The notes under the pieces: model-generated
Databases searched by the model: none
What the model saw: only the letters and a program-made list of their open reading frames with translations
What the model was told of the DNA's origin: nothing
From: Arcobacteraceae bacterium
GTDB lineage: Bacteria; Campylobacterota; Campylobacteria; Campylobacterales; Arcobacteraceae
Assembly (NCBI GenBank): GCA_029935705.1
Contig: JAOZJU010000001.1
Span: 162-64,161 of the forward strand
Reading direction: 5' to 3'
DNA: 64,000 nt
In this document: positions 1 to 9,120 of the stretch, in pieces
Position numbering within the stretch: position 1 is the stretch's first letter
Layout of the letters: each line of letters starts with the position of its first letter
Made by a program: the position numbers and the translations under genes

Positions 1-1
1 A

Positions 2-682
2 TTTACAGACAAAGTAAACCAAACTTTTGGGTGGATGTATAATCCCATAGAAGAGGTAAACGAAGGTGTTACTATGGGATTAGCAAGAAACAAACTCATC
101 TATGGTAAACGATTTTGTCCATGTTTTATGGTCATAGGCGAGACAAAAGAGGAACAAAAAAAAGCAGACAATAGAGTTTGTCCTTGTAAACCAGCTATTG
201 ATGTAGAGATACCAAAAGATGGCAAGTGTCATTGTGGTATATTTTGCACACCAGAATATGTCAAACAAAATAGCATAAAAGAGGAAGCTTTAGAGGTATC
301 ACATACACACTCAAGAGGTTTGACCAAAGATGAGTGTCAAGCTTTGTTACAAATGGAACAATTGGACAGCAGTGAGATAGAATCACTACTTGAAGCAAGA
401 GAGCTTGGTATGGTTGAGTTTAGTTTGGTTGATGTGCGAGAGTGGATAGAGTGGAAAGACAATCGCATAAAAGGCACTGACTTACTTGTACCTACTACAT
501 CATTTTATCAATCAATTGAAAAACTAGAAGATAAAAAAGAGCAACATATCATATTGTATTGTTTAACTGGTAGCAGAAGTGCTTATTGTCAAACGATGCT
601 ACAAGATTTGGGATGGAAAAAAGTATCAAACTATACTGCTGGTATCGTTGACTTTAAAGGTGAGTGTGAAAGCGGAGAATAG
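2..682 (+). CDS. Ferredoxin:thioredoxin reductase catalytic-subunit-like domain fused to a C-terminal rhodanese domain (5' end probably outside the window)
   Basis: The frame is open from nt 2 and the ATG at 35 has no spaced SD. Six Cys are arranged CPC...CPC...CHC (FCPCFMV, RVCPCKP, GKCHCGIFC) after GLARNK, as in FTR catalytic chains. The C-terminal ~100 aa has a rhodanese active-site loop, ILYCLTGSRS. Confidence 0.6.
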   Translation, partial: FTDKVNQTFGWMYNPIEEVNEGVTMGLARNKLIYGKRFCPCFMVIGETKEEQKKADNRVCPCKPAIDVEIPKDGKCHCGIFCTPEYVKQNSIKEEALEVSHTHSRGLTKDECQALLQMEQLDSSEIESLLEARELGMVEFSLVDVREWIEWKDNRIKGTDLLVPTTSFYQSIEKLEDKKEQHIILYCLTGSRSAYCQTMLQDLGWKKVSNYTAGIVDFKGECESGE

Positions 683-721
683 ATAAAAACCTTTTTTCAA
701 GAGAGCAAACTTTACAAAAGG

Positions 722-750
722 AGCAGTTAATACACTGCTACTTTGGTTTT
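722..750. terminator. Weak bidirectional hairpin between convergent genes
   Basis: agcagt-taatac-actgct 6-bp stem (722-739), followed by a T-rich tract on the plus strand and ccttttg on the minus strand. It lies between the FTR/rhodanese stop and the thiL stop. Confidence 0.25.
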
Positions 751-755
751 GGCTT

Positions 756-1601
756 TTAAACAGCTTTAAAATGGTGTTCTTGACAATTGTGGCGAAACTC
801 TCCATCTACAGCTATTGCACAAAAGTTTAGTTTGACATTTAAACTATTTGCTATTTGTTGAACCTTCTCTTGATATGCTGGGTTTATTGCAAATAGTATC
901 TCATACTCCTCACCACTACACAACATATCGTCTGTAAATTTAGTAATAAACCTAAATCCAACACCATTTATCTTGCTTAATCTTTCTAACTCAAAAGCAA
1001 CTCCATCTGATATATCTATAGCAGAGCTTACATATTTTGATATTTTTCTAAAAAACTTCTGCTTAAGAATTGGTTTAATAAATTTGCTATCTTTTGGTAT
1101 AGCTTTGTTTTGTAGTAGTTTGTTTAAATCTTTTTTGACAGTGCCAATATCGCCTGTATAATACAATATATCGCCTATCTTTAGACCGTGTCTATATATA
1201 GGGTTTTTAGTTTTGGATATAAGTGTTATAGATATTTGTAGTTTGTCATTTGATATCGTATCTCCGCCTATTATTCTTATATTGAAATCATCTGCACTCT
1301 TTTTAAAACCATCTGATAGATTTTTGAGTGATATTTTGTCAAAATTTGACGGGATTGCTACATTTAGCAAAGCATATTTTGGTTTAGCATTCATAACAAT
1401 TGCATCGCTTATATTTACAAGCATCGCTTTAGAGGCTATCTCGCTTAAACTCATCCACGATAGTTTAAAATGCACATCTTCAAAAAAACTATCAGTAGTA
1501 TATACCCAGTTGCCTTTTTTGTGAAAAACAACCGCACCATCATCGCCTATGAGAGTATCACTAAACTGACTGATAAAAAACTCTTCTTTGTTGAAACTCA
1601 T
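756..1601 (-). CDS. thiL: Thiamine-monophosphate kinase
   Basis: LIGDDGAV near the N-terminus and PurM/AIR-synthase-like organisation. The start is set at ATG 1601, which overlaps the yraN stop as ATGA. The longer ORF to 1661 would overlap yraN by 64 nt. Confidence 0.8.
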   Translation of the reverse strand: MSFNKEEFFISQFSDTLIGDDGAVVFHKKGNWVYTTDSFFEDVHFKLSWMSLSEIASKAMLVNISDAIVMNAKPKYALLNVAIPSNFDKISLKNLSDGFKKSADDFNIRIIGGDTISNDKLQISITLISKTKNPIYRHGLKIGDILYYTGDIGTVKKDLNKLLQNKAIPKDSKFIKPILKQKFFRKISKYVSSAIDISDGVAFELERLSKINGVGFRFITKFTDDMLCSGEEYEILFAINPAYQEKVQQIANSLNVKLNFCAIAVDGEFRHNCQEHHFKAV

Positions 1602-1939
1602 AAACTTATATTTTCCACAAACTCTAAACTGTTTTTTGATATAATTATAGCATCTACACAATATGCTGGCTGAATCTTTTTTGTTGTCAAATAATAATCG
1701 ATAGATCTATATAGTTTAGATAGTTTGTTTTTGGTTATGTTATAAATAGCTTCAAAATTTTCGCCACTTTTGACCTCTATAAAATGATATATCTCATCTT
1801 TTGTCGTGATGATATCTATCTCACCAAATTTTTTTGCATAGAAGTTTTGCTCTATTATGTTGTGTCCATTTTTTTCTAAAAATTTGACAGCTTCTTGCTC
1901 TGCTTTGTCGCCTATATTTTTAGTAGTGTATCTGCTCAA
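1598..1939 (-). CDS. yraN: YraN family (UPF0102) endonuclease-like protein
   Basis: 113 aa. GDKAEQEAVKFLEKNGHNIIEQNF...GEIDII...HFIEVK is the typical YraN pattern. Confidence 0.75.
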   Translation of the reverse strand: MSRYTTKNIGDKAEQEAVKFLEKNGHNIIEQNFYAKKFGEIDIITTKDEIYHFIEVKSGENFEAIYNITKNKLSKLYRSIDYYLTTKKIQPAYCVDAIIISKNSLEFVENISL

Positions 1940-3998
1940 CTTGAACTTCTATTGATTTAAAAGATGCGGTTTTTGTATTTATGTCGCTTTCATCACCAAA
2001 AAGATAGTTTATCTTTGATTTTTTATGATGAAATGAACAAAACATAGTGCCAGATTTTATTTTGTTTGTGATTTTGACTCCAAGAGAGTTTGATTCTCCA
2101 TATTTTGATTTTAAAACTATTTTAAACTTCTCTTTTTTGTCAAAATCATCTTGGGATACCAGCAGTATATCATCCTCGTGTAGTTGCATTAGTCTGTTTG
2201 TTTGAGATGTTTGAGCTATGTTGTTATAATGCACCAACACTCGTCCAGTAGTAAGATAAAACTTCTTTGGCTTCTTTTCTATCTTCTGTTTTATTTGGTT
2301 TCTCAAGCTGTATTGATTGAAGATAAACTTTCCTAAACCATCTTTTGTATTGAATCTATCTATATGTAAAACTGGTGTATCTTTTTTGCCAACAGGCCAT
2401 TGAAGACCCTTTTGTCTGTTTTTCATAAGTTTTTGGTATGTTGCTCCGCTGTATCTTATGGGTGCATCTTTTCTTACATCGTTCCATACATCTTCACTAT
2501 CTTTATATCTAAATTTGCCATCAATTTTATTTTCTATATCTCTTAATATCTGCCAATCATCAAGCAAGTTGTTTTCTACTAAAGGTTGTGATAGATGAAG
2601 TCGTCTCATGGCATTTACATATACTCCAGTCTTTTCATAAGAGGACTGAACACCAAATACTATATCACTTTTTTTTGCTATCTCGTTTAAAAATAGGTCA
2701 AATGTCACTATCATATCAAGAGATTTTAGAGCTTTGTTGATTTTGTTTTGGTTTGGATGTATATGTGCTACATCTTCACCCACGACCAACATAGTTTTGA
2801 TAGTGCCATCTATCATCGCATCTATAGCATCTGGAGTTTTTAGACCATCTTTTTTTGGTTTTTGATAATCTGGCAAATAATATGGCAAACATCCCATATC
2901 GCAAGCACCTTGGACATTGTTTTGACCACGAAGAGGCATAAGACCTGTTCCAGTTTTGCCTATATTTCCTGTAAGTAAGCTTAAGTTTGACATAGCCATA
3001 ACAGCAAAACTGCCATCTATATGTTCAGTGACTCCAAGCCCCCAAAATATCATAGATTTTTTCTTTGCATAATCTCTTGCTATATCGTATATCTGTTGTG
3101 TTATATTCTCATATCCTGCTATTTTTTCAAAAATTTCTGGTTTTGAATAGTTGTCATTTAGTATCGAGTTTTTAAATTTTTCAAAATCTTTTGTTCTTTT
3201 GTTTATAAATGATTTGTTGTATAACTTCTCTTTGATTATCACATATGCCAAACAGTTCAAAAACAAAAGATTTGCCTCAAAAGGCAACACAACTTGATAT
3301 TTTGCTTTTTTTCCAATAGCTGTCATCCTGACATCACATACAGCGATTTGGCAACTTTTGTTTTTGTTTGCTTCTATCATACGGTTTGCTACTATAGGGT
3401 GAGCTTCTGTAGTATTTGAGCCAATTATAAGCAAAAACTCACTTTCATATATATCGTCGTATGGGTTTGTAGCAGCACCCTCTCCTATAGTAGATGCAAG
3501 ACCATTTAAGCTAGGAGCATGACAAACTCTCGCACAGTTGTCTATATGTGGGCTTTGCATTGTTTCTCTGGTGAACTTTTGTAGCAAATATCCACTCTCA
3601 CAAGATGTTCTAGCACCACCTGTTGCAAAAAATGATTCTTTGCCATATCGAACTCTGTTTTCGCACAATCTCCAAGCTACTAATGATGTAGCAAACTCAT
3701 AAGAACTTTTAAACCAAATATCATCTAACTTTATTAGTGTATTTGACAAAGCTTTCAACTCTCGTGGAAAATCATCAAAATGTTTTTTGATAAAACTTAT
3801 CTTTATCTTTGCTTCTTTTAGTCTATCTTTGCTATGAACAAAATCAAAACCAGTTTTGCCTTTGATACATAGTTTGCCACGACTTACATATCCGTCATTT
3901 TGGGCATATATCTTTTCTATCTTGTTTTCTTTGACTATTGCTGTGATATCGCAACCCACACCACAATAACAACAAACAGAACTTATATCAGTTGTCAT
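1920..3998 (-). CDS. Molybdopterin oxidoreductase, FdhF-like formate dehydrogenase family, Cys-type
   Basis: N-terminal CCYCGVGCDI...LCIKGK 4Fe-4S motif. IDNCARVCHAPSLNGL aligns with the FdhF ARV(U/C)HGPS active site. HPIVANRMIEA and VCDVR are MGD-binding motifs. No in-frame TGA. Confidence 0.8.
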   Translation of the reverse strand: MTTDISSVCCYCGVGCDITAIVKENKIEKIYAQNDGYVSRGKLCIKGKTGFDFVHSKDRLKEAKIKISFIKKHFDDFPRELKALSNTLIKLDDIWFKSSYEFATSLVAWRLCENRVRYGKESFFATGGARTSCESGYLLQKFTRETMQSPHIDNCARVCHAPSLNGLASTIGEGAATNPYDDIYESEFLLIIGSNTTEAHPIVANRMIEANKNKSCQIAVCDVRMTAIGKKAKYQVVLPFEANLLFLNCLAYVIIKEKLYNKSFINKRTKDFEKFKNSILNDNYSKPEIFEKIAGYENITQQIYDIARDYAKKKSMIFWGLGVTEHIDGSFAVMAMSNLSLLTGNIGKTGTGLMPLRGQNNVQGACDMGCLPYYLPDYQKPKKDGLKTPDAIDAMIDGTIKTMLVVGEDVAHIHPNQNKINKALKSLDMIVTFDLFLNEIAKKSDIVFGVQSSYEKTGVYVNAMRRLHLSQPLVENNLLDDWQILRDIENKIDGKFRYKDSEDVWNDVRKDAPIRYSGATYQKLMKNRQKGLQWPVGKKDTPVLHIDRFNTKDGLGKFIFNQYSLRNQIKQKIEKKPKKFYLTTGRVLVHYNNIAQTSQTNRLMQLHEDDILLVSQDDFDKKEKFKIVLKSKYGESNSLGVKITNKIKSGTMFCSFHHKKSKINYLFGDESDINTKTASFKSIEVQVEQIHY

Positions 3999-4596
3999 GG
4001 TCTAAAAGCTTTACCAGCTTGAGTATTTGAGTTTTGTTTATGGTAAATGAGTTTTTATTTGTGATCAAAAAAGCAGATGATTTCATGATAGTATCACCTA
4101 TTTTTAAGCCATTTTCTTTCATAGTATCGCCAGTTTCTACAATATCTACTATACAATCAGCCAAACCAACCAATGGTGCTAACTCTATAGAGCCATATAG
4201 TTTGATAATATCTACTGCCATAGCTTTTTTTTCAAAATATCGCCTGACTATATTTTCGTGTTTGGTAGCTACTTTGATCAATGGACTGTTGTAGTCAAAC
4301 TCATCTTCATTTTTAAGTCCTATGGATAGTTTGCACTTTCCTATACCCAAATCAAGCAGTTTAACTATATCATAATTTTTCTCTTCAAGCACATCTAAAC
4401 CAACCACTCCCAAATCCGCAGAGCCATAATTTACATATGTAGGCACATCTTGGTTTCGCACATTTAAAAAAACAAAACCAGCTTTTTTCAATATAAGTTT
4501 TCTGTTTTGAAACTCAAATTTTTCCTCAAATGCATATTCAAATTTTTCTAAAGTTAGTTTGGCTATTCGTCCTTTTGGTAAAGCTATTGTTAGCAT
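3988..4596 (-). CDS. hisG: ATP phosphoribosyltransferase, short form
   Basis: MLTIALPKGRI start, 202 aa, DIVETGDTMKENGL motif. Confidence 0.9.
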   Translation of the reverse strand: MLTIALPKGRIAKLTLEKFEYAFEEKFEFQNRKLILKKAGFVFLNVRNQDVPTYVNYGSADLGVVGLDVLEEKNYDIVKLLDLGIGKCKLSIGLKNEDEFDYNSPLIKVATKHENIVRRYFEKKAMAVDIIKLYGSIELAPLVGLADCIVDIVETGDTMKENGLKIGDTIMKSSAFLITNKNSFTINKTQILKLVKLLDHDN

Positions 4597-5210
4597 ACAA
4601 ACCTCTTTGCTATTTTTTCTAAATTGTTCAAGATCAAATCTTTGCTGTAGAAGCTATTTTTGATATATTTTGATACTATCTTGCCATCACCACCAGTTAC
4701 AAATATATCTTGGTTGTTTGCTATAGTTAATATCGGTGATATAGTTGCCATCATTGCTCCATATGAGACTGCATCTGCTGTATTTAAAGGTAGAGTCTCT
4801 AAAGATATGTCAAAATTTATCTCTTTGGATAAGTTTGTTGATATGTTGTTGTAGATATTTTTATACATTTTTAATCCAGGCAATATAAAACCACCAATAT
4901 GAGAATGATTTTTCATCATATCTACAGTGACTGCTGAACCTGCGTCTACTACTATTCCATCTTTTATATATTTGCAACATACGGCTCTATCGATACCTAT
5001 AGAGTTATATTTGGTATGAAAAGTTATTTTGTGTGATAAATTTTGAGTATTTTTAAAATGTTTGTTTAGTATATCTTCGCCTCTTTTGTTTACAGATATA
5101 TAATATATCTTTTCATCAAACTTTGGCATTGGTTCATCGTATGATAGAATAAAAATATTGTTTTTTTGTTTAAATTTTATATTTGTATTTCCTATATCAC
5201 ACACTATCAT
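4590..5210 (-). CDS. coaX: Type III pantothenate kinase
   Basis: MIVCDIGNTNIKF, IGIDR, VDAGSAVTVD and FVTGGDG motifs of CoaX. Confidence 0.85.
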   Translation of the reverse strand: MIVCDIGNTNIKFKQKNNIFILSYDEPMPKFDEKIYYISVNKRGEDILNKHFKNTQNLSHKITFHTKYNSIGIDRAVCCKYIKDGIVVDAGSAVTVDMMKNHSHIGGFILPGLKMYKNIYNNISTNLSKEINFDISLETLPLNTADAVSYGAMMATISPILTIANNQDIFVTGGDGKIVSKYIKNSFYSKDLILNNLEKIAKRFVC

Positions 5211-5523
5211 GATATCTCCATCGTAATTGTTTTAGTTTTTCTTTTGATTGTTTTGTAAGTTTAAAATCCACAAGAAGATATCTATATCTAAAGTTGTGTT
5301 CGCAAAGTTTTGCCGCTTTGTTCTCCAACTCTTTTAGCATCTGAAAATCTTTGCTATATATAGCTGACTTTTTGTTTAGTTTGACTATAAAATAATATCT
5401 ATTCTCTAACGATGTAGCTACATATATATCTGCTGAAGTTCTTGTTTTGATATCCTTTTTGATATCGTAAAAATCCACAAATATTGTGCCATTTTTAGCG
5501 AAGCTGTCTACTATTTTTTTCAT
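5197..5523 (-). CDS. Hypothetical small basic protein (108 aa)
   Basis: The ORF is co-directional and packed between the BamB-like gene (stop 5528) and coaX (14-nt overlap). The start is set at ATG 5523 and the 5' extension to 5586 is rejected. No motif recognised. Confidence 0.45.
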   Translation of the reverse strand: MKKIVDSFAKNGTIFVDFYDIKKDIKTRTSADIYVATSLENRYYFIVKLNKKSAIYSKDFQMLKELENKAAKLCEHNFRYRYLLVDFKLTKQSKEKLKQLRWRYHDSV

Positions 5524-5527
5524 ATAT

Positions 5528-6526
5528 CTAATGCCCCGCCCCATACAACAATAGGTTGCCCAATACTCTAAAGCTACTTTTGACAAAATATTTTTTCTCC
5601 AATTTTGCTATATCTTTATCGTTGGGAATATCTACATGGTATACTGAACTCTTTTTAAAATCATCTGAAATTTTTATCAAAAACCCTTGAGCTTCGACTA
5701 AAAATATATTGTGGTCAAAAACATTTATAGACAAAAAGTTTGCGAAATTGAACTTTTTTTTAGCCACTATATCGAGAGCTTTTGTCATTTTAATAACCTG
5801 TCCATCAATTGTAGCGATATATATAAAATCTGCATCAATAGCAGTAGAGACTATCTCAAACTCTTTTATATTTAGTTTTGCCTCACCAAAAGATAGTATG
5901 TTGTTGTTTGTAGATGTTACTAAAGTTTCGTCTATTAGCTGTAAAAATGTGATATTTTTAAGCAAACCAGTAGTAGCGACTATCAAATCTCTTAACAATC
6001 TTCTGTTTTTGATATCAACTACTGCTATCTTGCCATCAAGTGTAGGAAAAAGTACAGTATTGTTTAAAAAGATTGGCCTTGCTGCTTGTGAATTGTAGAT
6101 AAATATATGTTTTTTTTGTTCTTTAAATATCATCTGATTGTTTACAATATCGTATATCGCTATTGAGTTGTCTATAAATACGATAGCAATTAGGTTTTTT
6201 CTTTTTGATACAGATACAATCTCTTTGTCAAAACTTAGCTTTTGTTTGTTGTTTAATTTTATTGATTTTTCATTTTTGGTTATCATGGTGTTGTCTGTTA
6301 GACTCAAATAGTTATACCCTTTGTCTCTTTTAAATTTGTTTGTTTTGCTTGTTTGTTTAGATATATCATAGAAATATACCTCTTGCTTGTCTAATTTGTT
6401 TTTTATTTTTTTTAATTGATTTTTGTCGTTGTGGATATTTTTGTCGTTTGGTTCATAAAGTTTTTTATGAGAACATCCATTGAAAAAAATAGCGACAACT
6501 ATAAAAATAAAAAGAGATTTATACAA
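5528..6526 (-). CDS. Lipoprotein with PQQ/BamB-like beta-propeller repeats
   Basis: Signal peptide plus lipobox (VAIFFNGCS). Blades of ~40 aa recur (NSIAIYDIVNNQ, LDGKIAVVDIKNRRL, TIDGQVIKM, AQGFLIKI). It lies directly downstream of a YfgM-like gene, as in E. coli yfgM-bamB. Confidence 0.5.
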   Translation of the reverse strand: MYKSLFIFIVVAIFFNGCSHKKLYEPNDKNIHNDKNQLKKIKNKLDKQEVYFYDISKQTSKTNKFKRDKGYNYLSLTDNTMITKNEKSIKLNNKQKLSFDKEIVSVSKRKNLIAIVFIDNSIAIYDIVNNQMIFKEQKKHIFIYNSQAARPIFLNNTVLFPTLDGKIAVVDIKNRRLLRDLIVATTGLLKNITFLQLIDETLVTSTNNNILSFGEAKLNIKEFEIVSTAIDADFIYIATIDGQVIKMTKALDIVAKKKFNFANFLSINVFDHNIFLVEAQGFLIKISDDFKKSSVYHVDIPNDKDIAKLEKKYFVKSSFRVLGNLLLYGAGH

Positions 6527-6538
6527 AACAATCTCTTT

Positions 6539-7111
6539 TTATTTTGTCGACAAATAGTGAGAAAGCAACACAGATAGCTCTGCTACTGGTGAGTCTTTTG
6601 GTATAAACTTCATTGCAGTTTTTGCTTTTTTAAATTCGCCATTTTTAGTCAAGATGAGTGCTTTTCTAAACTGTAGATAATCTTTCAATAGTAGATTTTC
6701 ATCTTTTAACAACTTGTCAATCTGTTCTAGATCAAGGTTTGATTGTGAACTATAAAGTGCGAGTTGTTTTAAAAACTGAAGCTCATCGTTTATTTTGGTT
6801 GATTTGTCTTGCTGATATTGTGCTATGTTGTAAAGTAGATTGTTTGTCTCTTTTAAGGTTGCCAATGCCTCTTTGTCGTTTTTGTCTATGAGAAGTTTAT
6901 TGAAAGCTATATTTGCTTTTTTTGTGTTTTCATCTTTGATATAGTTTGCAACAATATTGCCTAAAAATAACACGACTACAACTCCTGCGATGATAAAAAG
7001 AAAATTTTTGTATTTTTTGTAGTATTTTTCAAGTTTAAAAAATCCAGACAAAAACTCCTCTTGAGTTCCCATCTCGTGTTTTATATAATCAACATTTTCT
7101 TTTAAATTCAT
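6539..7111 (-). CDS. YfgM-like single-pass membrane protein with TPR-like periplasmic domain
   Basis: 190 aa with a short cytoplasmic N-terminus, one TM (FLFIIAGVVVVLFLGNIV) and a helical C-terminal domain (ALILTKNGEFKKAKTAM). Size and topology match YfgM. Confidence 0.5.
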   Translation of the reverse strand: MNLKENVDYIKHEMGTQEEFLSGFFKLEKYYKKYKNFLFIIAGVVVVLFLGNIVANYIKDENTKKANIAFNKLLIDKNDKEALATLKETNNLLYNIAQYQQDKSTKINDELQFLKQLALYSSQSNLDLEQIDKLLKDENLLLKDYLQFRKALILTKNGEFKKAKTAMKFIPKDSPVAELSVLLSHYLSTK

Positions 7112-7152
7112 ATTTTGCCTTTGTTATTTTTTACTATTGTATCCAAAATCTC

Positions 7153-9120
7153 TTAAAAAAGCACTGGCGAGAGACCATCATCTTTGCCATTTTTAAATAT
7201 ATCTGGATTGATATCTTCATAAGGAACATTTGATTGGTTTGTAAAATAATAGTTTCCACCAGCAAACTGCCTTGTAAATACACCACTTGGCCTACTAAAA
7301 TATCTTTTTGTGTTTGGATTTTTGGCTAACCAATTTCTAAAAAAATGGGATACCACTGGTGCTGCTGTGGTGCCACCTGTCTCACTTCTTGGCATAGGAG
7401 TGTTGTCGTCATTGCCATACCATACAACCGCTTGAATAGATGGTGAAAAACCACAAAACCAAGCATCTACATTGTTGTTTGTCGTGCCAGTTTTGCCTGC
7501 TATTTGGATACCTGGGACTCTTGCTCTTCTTCCAGTGCCTTTTTGGACTACATCGCTTAGCATTGAAGTTAAAAGATATGCTTGATTTTCATTGTTTATA
7601 TCTGTCTTGATAGGCAAAAACTCTTTTACTTTGCCGTCTTTGGATACAATTTTTTCTATCATATATACTTCATTCATCACCCCTTTGTTTGAAAAGATGG
7701 TGTATTTTTCACTTAATTCTAAAGGGGATATGCCAAAACTACCAAGAACTATAGATAGATTTCTTGGTATCCCTTCAAAATCAAAAATTTTTAGATTTTT
7801 AAAGATTGTAGGAAGTCCTATATCGTATGCTAGATTTATTGTCGCTAAGTTTCTTGAGTGAATAAGTGCATCGTTTAATCGCACCAAACCTTTTTGTCTG
7901 TTGCCATAGTTTTTTGGTGTCCAGCTTGTGGCTCCTTGTCCATATGTCCTGCTTATATCTACAAGTGTTGATGCAGTTGAATAACCTTGATTTAAGGCAA
8001 CTTGATATACAAATGGTTTAAATGAACTTCCAGGTTGTCTCTTGCTTTGTACGGCACGATTAAATGATGATGCTTTATAATCCACTCCCCCTACGAGTGC
8101 TAAGATTTTGCCGGTGCTATTTTCAAGAACTACAATAGCTCCGTTTATATCTTCTGTTTTGCTCCTTTTTTTACCATGAAATCTATCTCTTTTTATGATT
8201 TTGTCATATCCATATCTTAAACTTTCCCTTGCTATATCTTGAGTTTCCAAATCTATAGAAAGCTTGACTTTGTATCCACCAGTTTTGACATCTTTATAAC
8301 CCATATCTTGCATAAGCTTGATAGCATAATCAACCACATATGGTGCTTTGTTTAGAGTAAGTGTATCATCATATACAGATGGCATAGATTTTATAGCTCT
8401 TTTGTATTCTACTTTGCTTATCCACCCTAAAGTTTTAAGCCTTCGTATTACTTGATTTGCTCTACTTATATTGTGTTTATAGTTTTTTGTAGGATCATAA
8501 AAGCTAGGAGCCTTTGGAAGCCCTACTAACATAGCTATCTCTTTTAGGCTTAAATCATTTAAGGATTTTTTAAAATATCCATATGATGCTGTTTTGATAC
8601 CATAATACCCATGACCAAAATAGACATGGTTAAAATATCTTTCAAGTATCTGCTCTTTTGTTAATCTGTTTTCAAGTTCAAGTGCGAGAAATAGCTCTTT
8701 AGCTTTTCGTTTGATTTTTTTATCTCTTGAGAGTAAAACGGTTTTTACCAACTGTTGTGTTATTGTGCTAGCTCCCTCTACAAACTTCATAGCTTTTATA
8801 TCTTTTAAAACAGCTCTAAATATAGCTTCAGGGTTTATACCGTTGTGTTCGAAGTATTGTGTATCTTCTATGGCTATGAGCGATTCTATAACTCTTGTTG
8901 GAATTTTATCAAACTTGACATAAAGTCTGTGTCTTTCATCAAAACTATTTGCTATATGTTTGCCGTTTCTGTCATAAAATTGAGTTGATGTTCGTGGTTT
9001 GTAGTTTATGAGTTCATCAAGTTCGTAGTTGATATTTAGATATACAGTAAATAACCAAGATGCTATAGTAATAGCTACAAATATAGCTATGATTGAAAGA
9101 TATTTTATGATTCTTTTCAT
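7153..9120 (-). CDS. mrcA: Penicillin-binding protein 1A (bifunctional glycosyltransferase/transpeptidase)
   Basis: GT51 motifs EDTQYFEHNGI and GASTITQQ. Transpeptidase motifs SSFKP (SxxK), SRN and KTGTT. N-terminal TM anchor. Confidence 0.9.
   Translation of the reverse strand: MKRIIKYLSIIAIFVAITIASWLFTVYLNINYELDELINYKPRTSTQFYDRNGKHIANSFDERHRLYVKFDKIPTRVIESLIAIEDTQYFEHNGINPEAIFRAVLKDIKAMKFVEGASTITQQLVKTVLLSRDKKIKRKAKELFLALELENRLTKEQILERYFNHVYFGHGYYGIKTASYGYFKKSLNDLSLKEIAMLVGLPKAPSFYDPTKNYKHNISRANQVIRRLKTLGWISKVEYKRAIKSMPSVYDDTLTLNKAPYVVDYAIKLMQDMGYKDVKTGGYKVKLSIDLETQDIARESLRYGYDKIIKRDRFHGKKRSKTEDINGAIVVLENSTGKILALVGGVDYKASSFNRAVQSKRQPGSSFKPFVYQVALNQGYSTASTLVDISRTYGQGATSWTPKNYGNRQKGLVRLNDALIHSRNLATINLAYDIGLPTIFKNLKIFDFEGIPRNLSIVLGSFGISPLELSEKYTIFSNKGVMNEVYMIEKIVSKDGKVKEFLPIKTDINNENQAYLLTSMLSDVVQKGTGRRARVPGIQIAGKTGTTNNNVDAWFCGFSPSIQAVVWYGNDDNTPMPRSETGGTTAAPVVSHFFRNWLAKNPNTKRYFSRPSGVFTRQFAGGNYYFTNQSNVPYEDINPDIFKNGKDDGLSPVLF

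Noticed and set aside
1602-1661. 5' extensions of the ORF-track calls: thiL to 1661, the hypothetical protein to 5586, gpmI to 11314, folP from 26579, hemC from 33092.
   Set aside because: Each extension overlaps the upstream gene by tens of nucleotides and adds non-conserved residues. Internal starts give ATGA overlaps or proper SD spacing and match the conserved N-termini.
3500-3560. Possible selenocysteine (in-frame TGA) at the FdhF-like active site.
   Set aside because: The ORF is uninterrupted and the active-site position is a Cys codon (ARVCH). No SECIS-like requirement arises.
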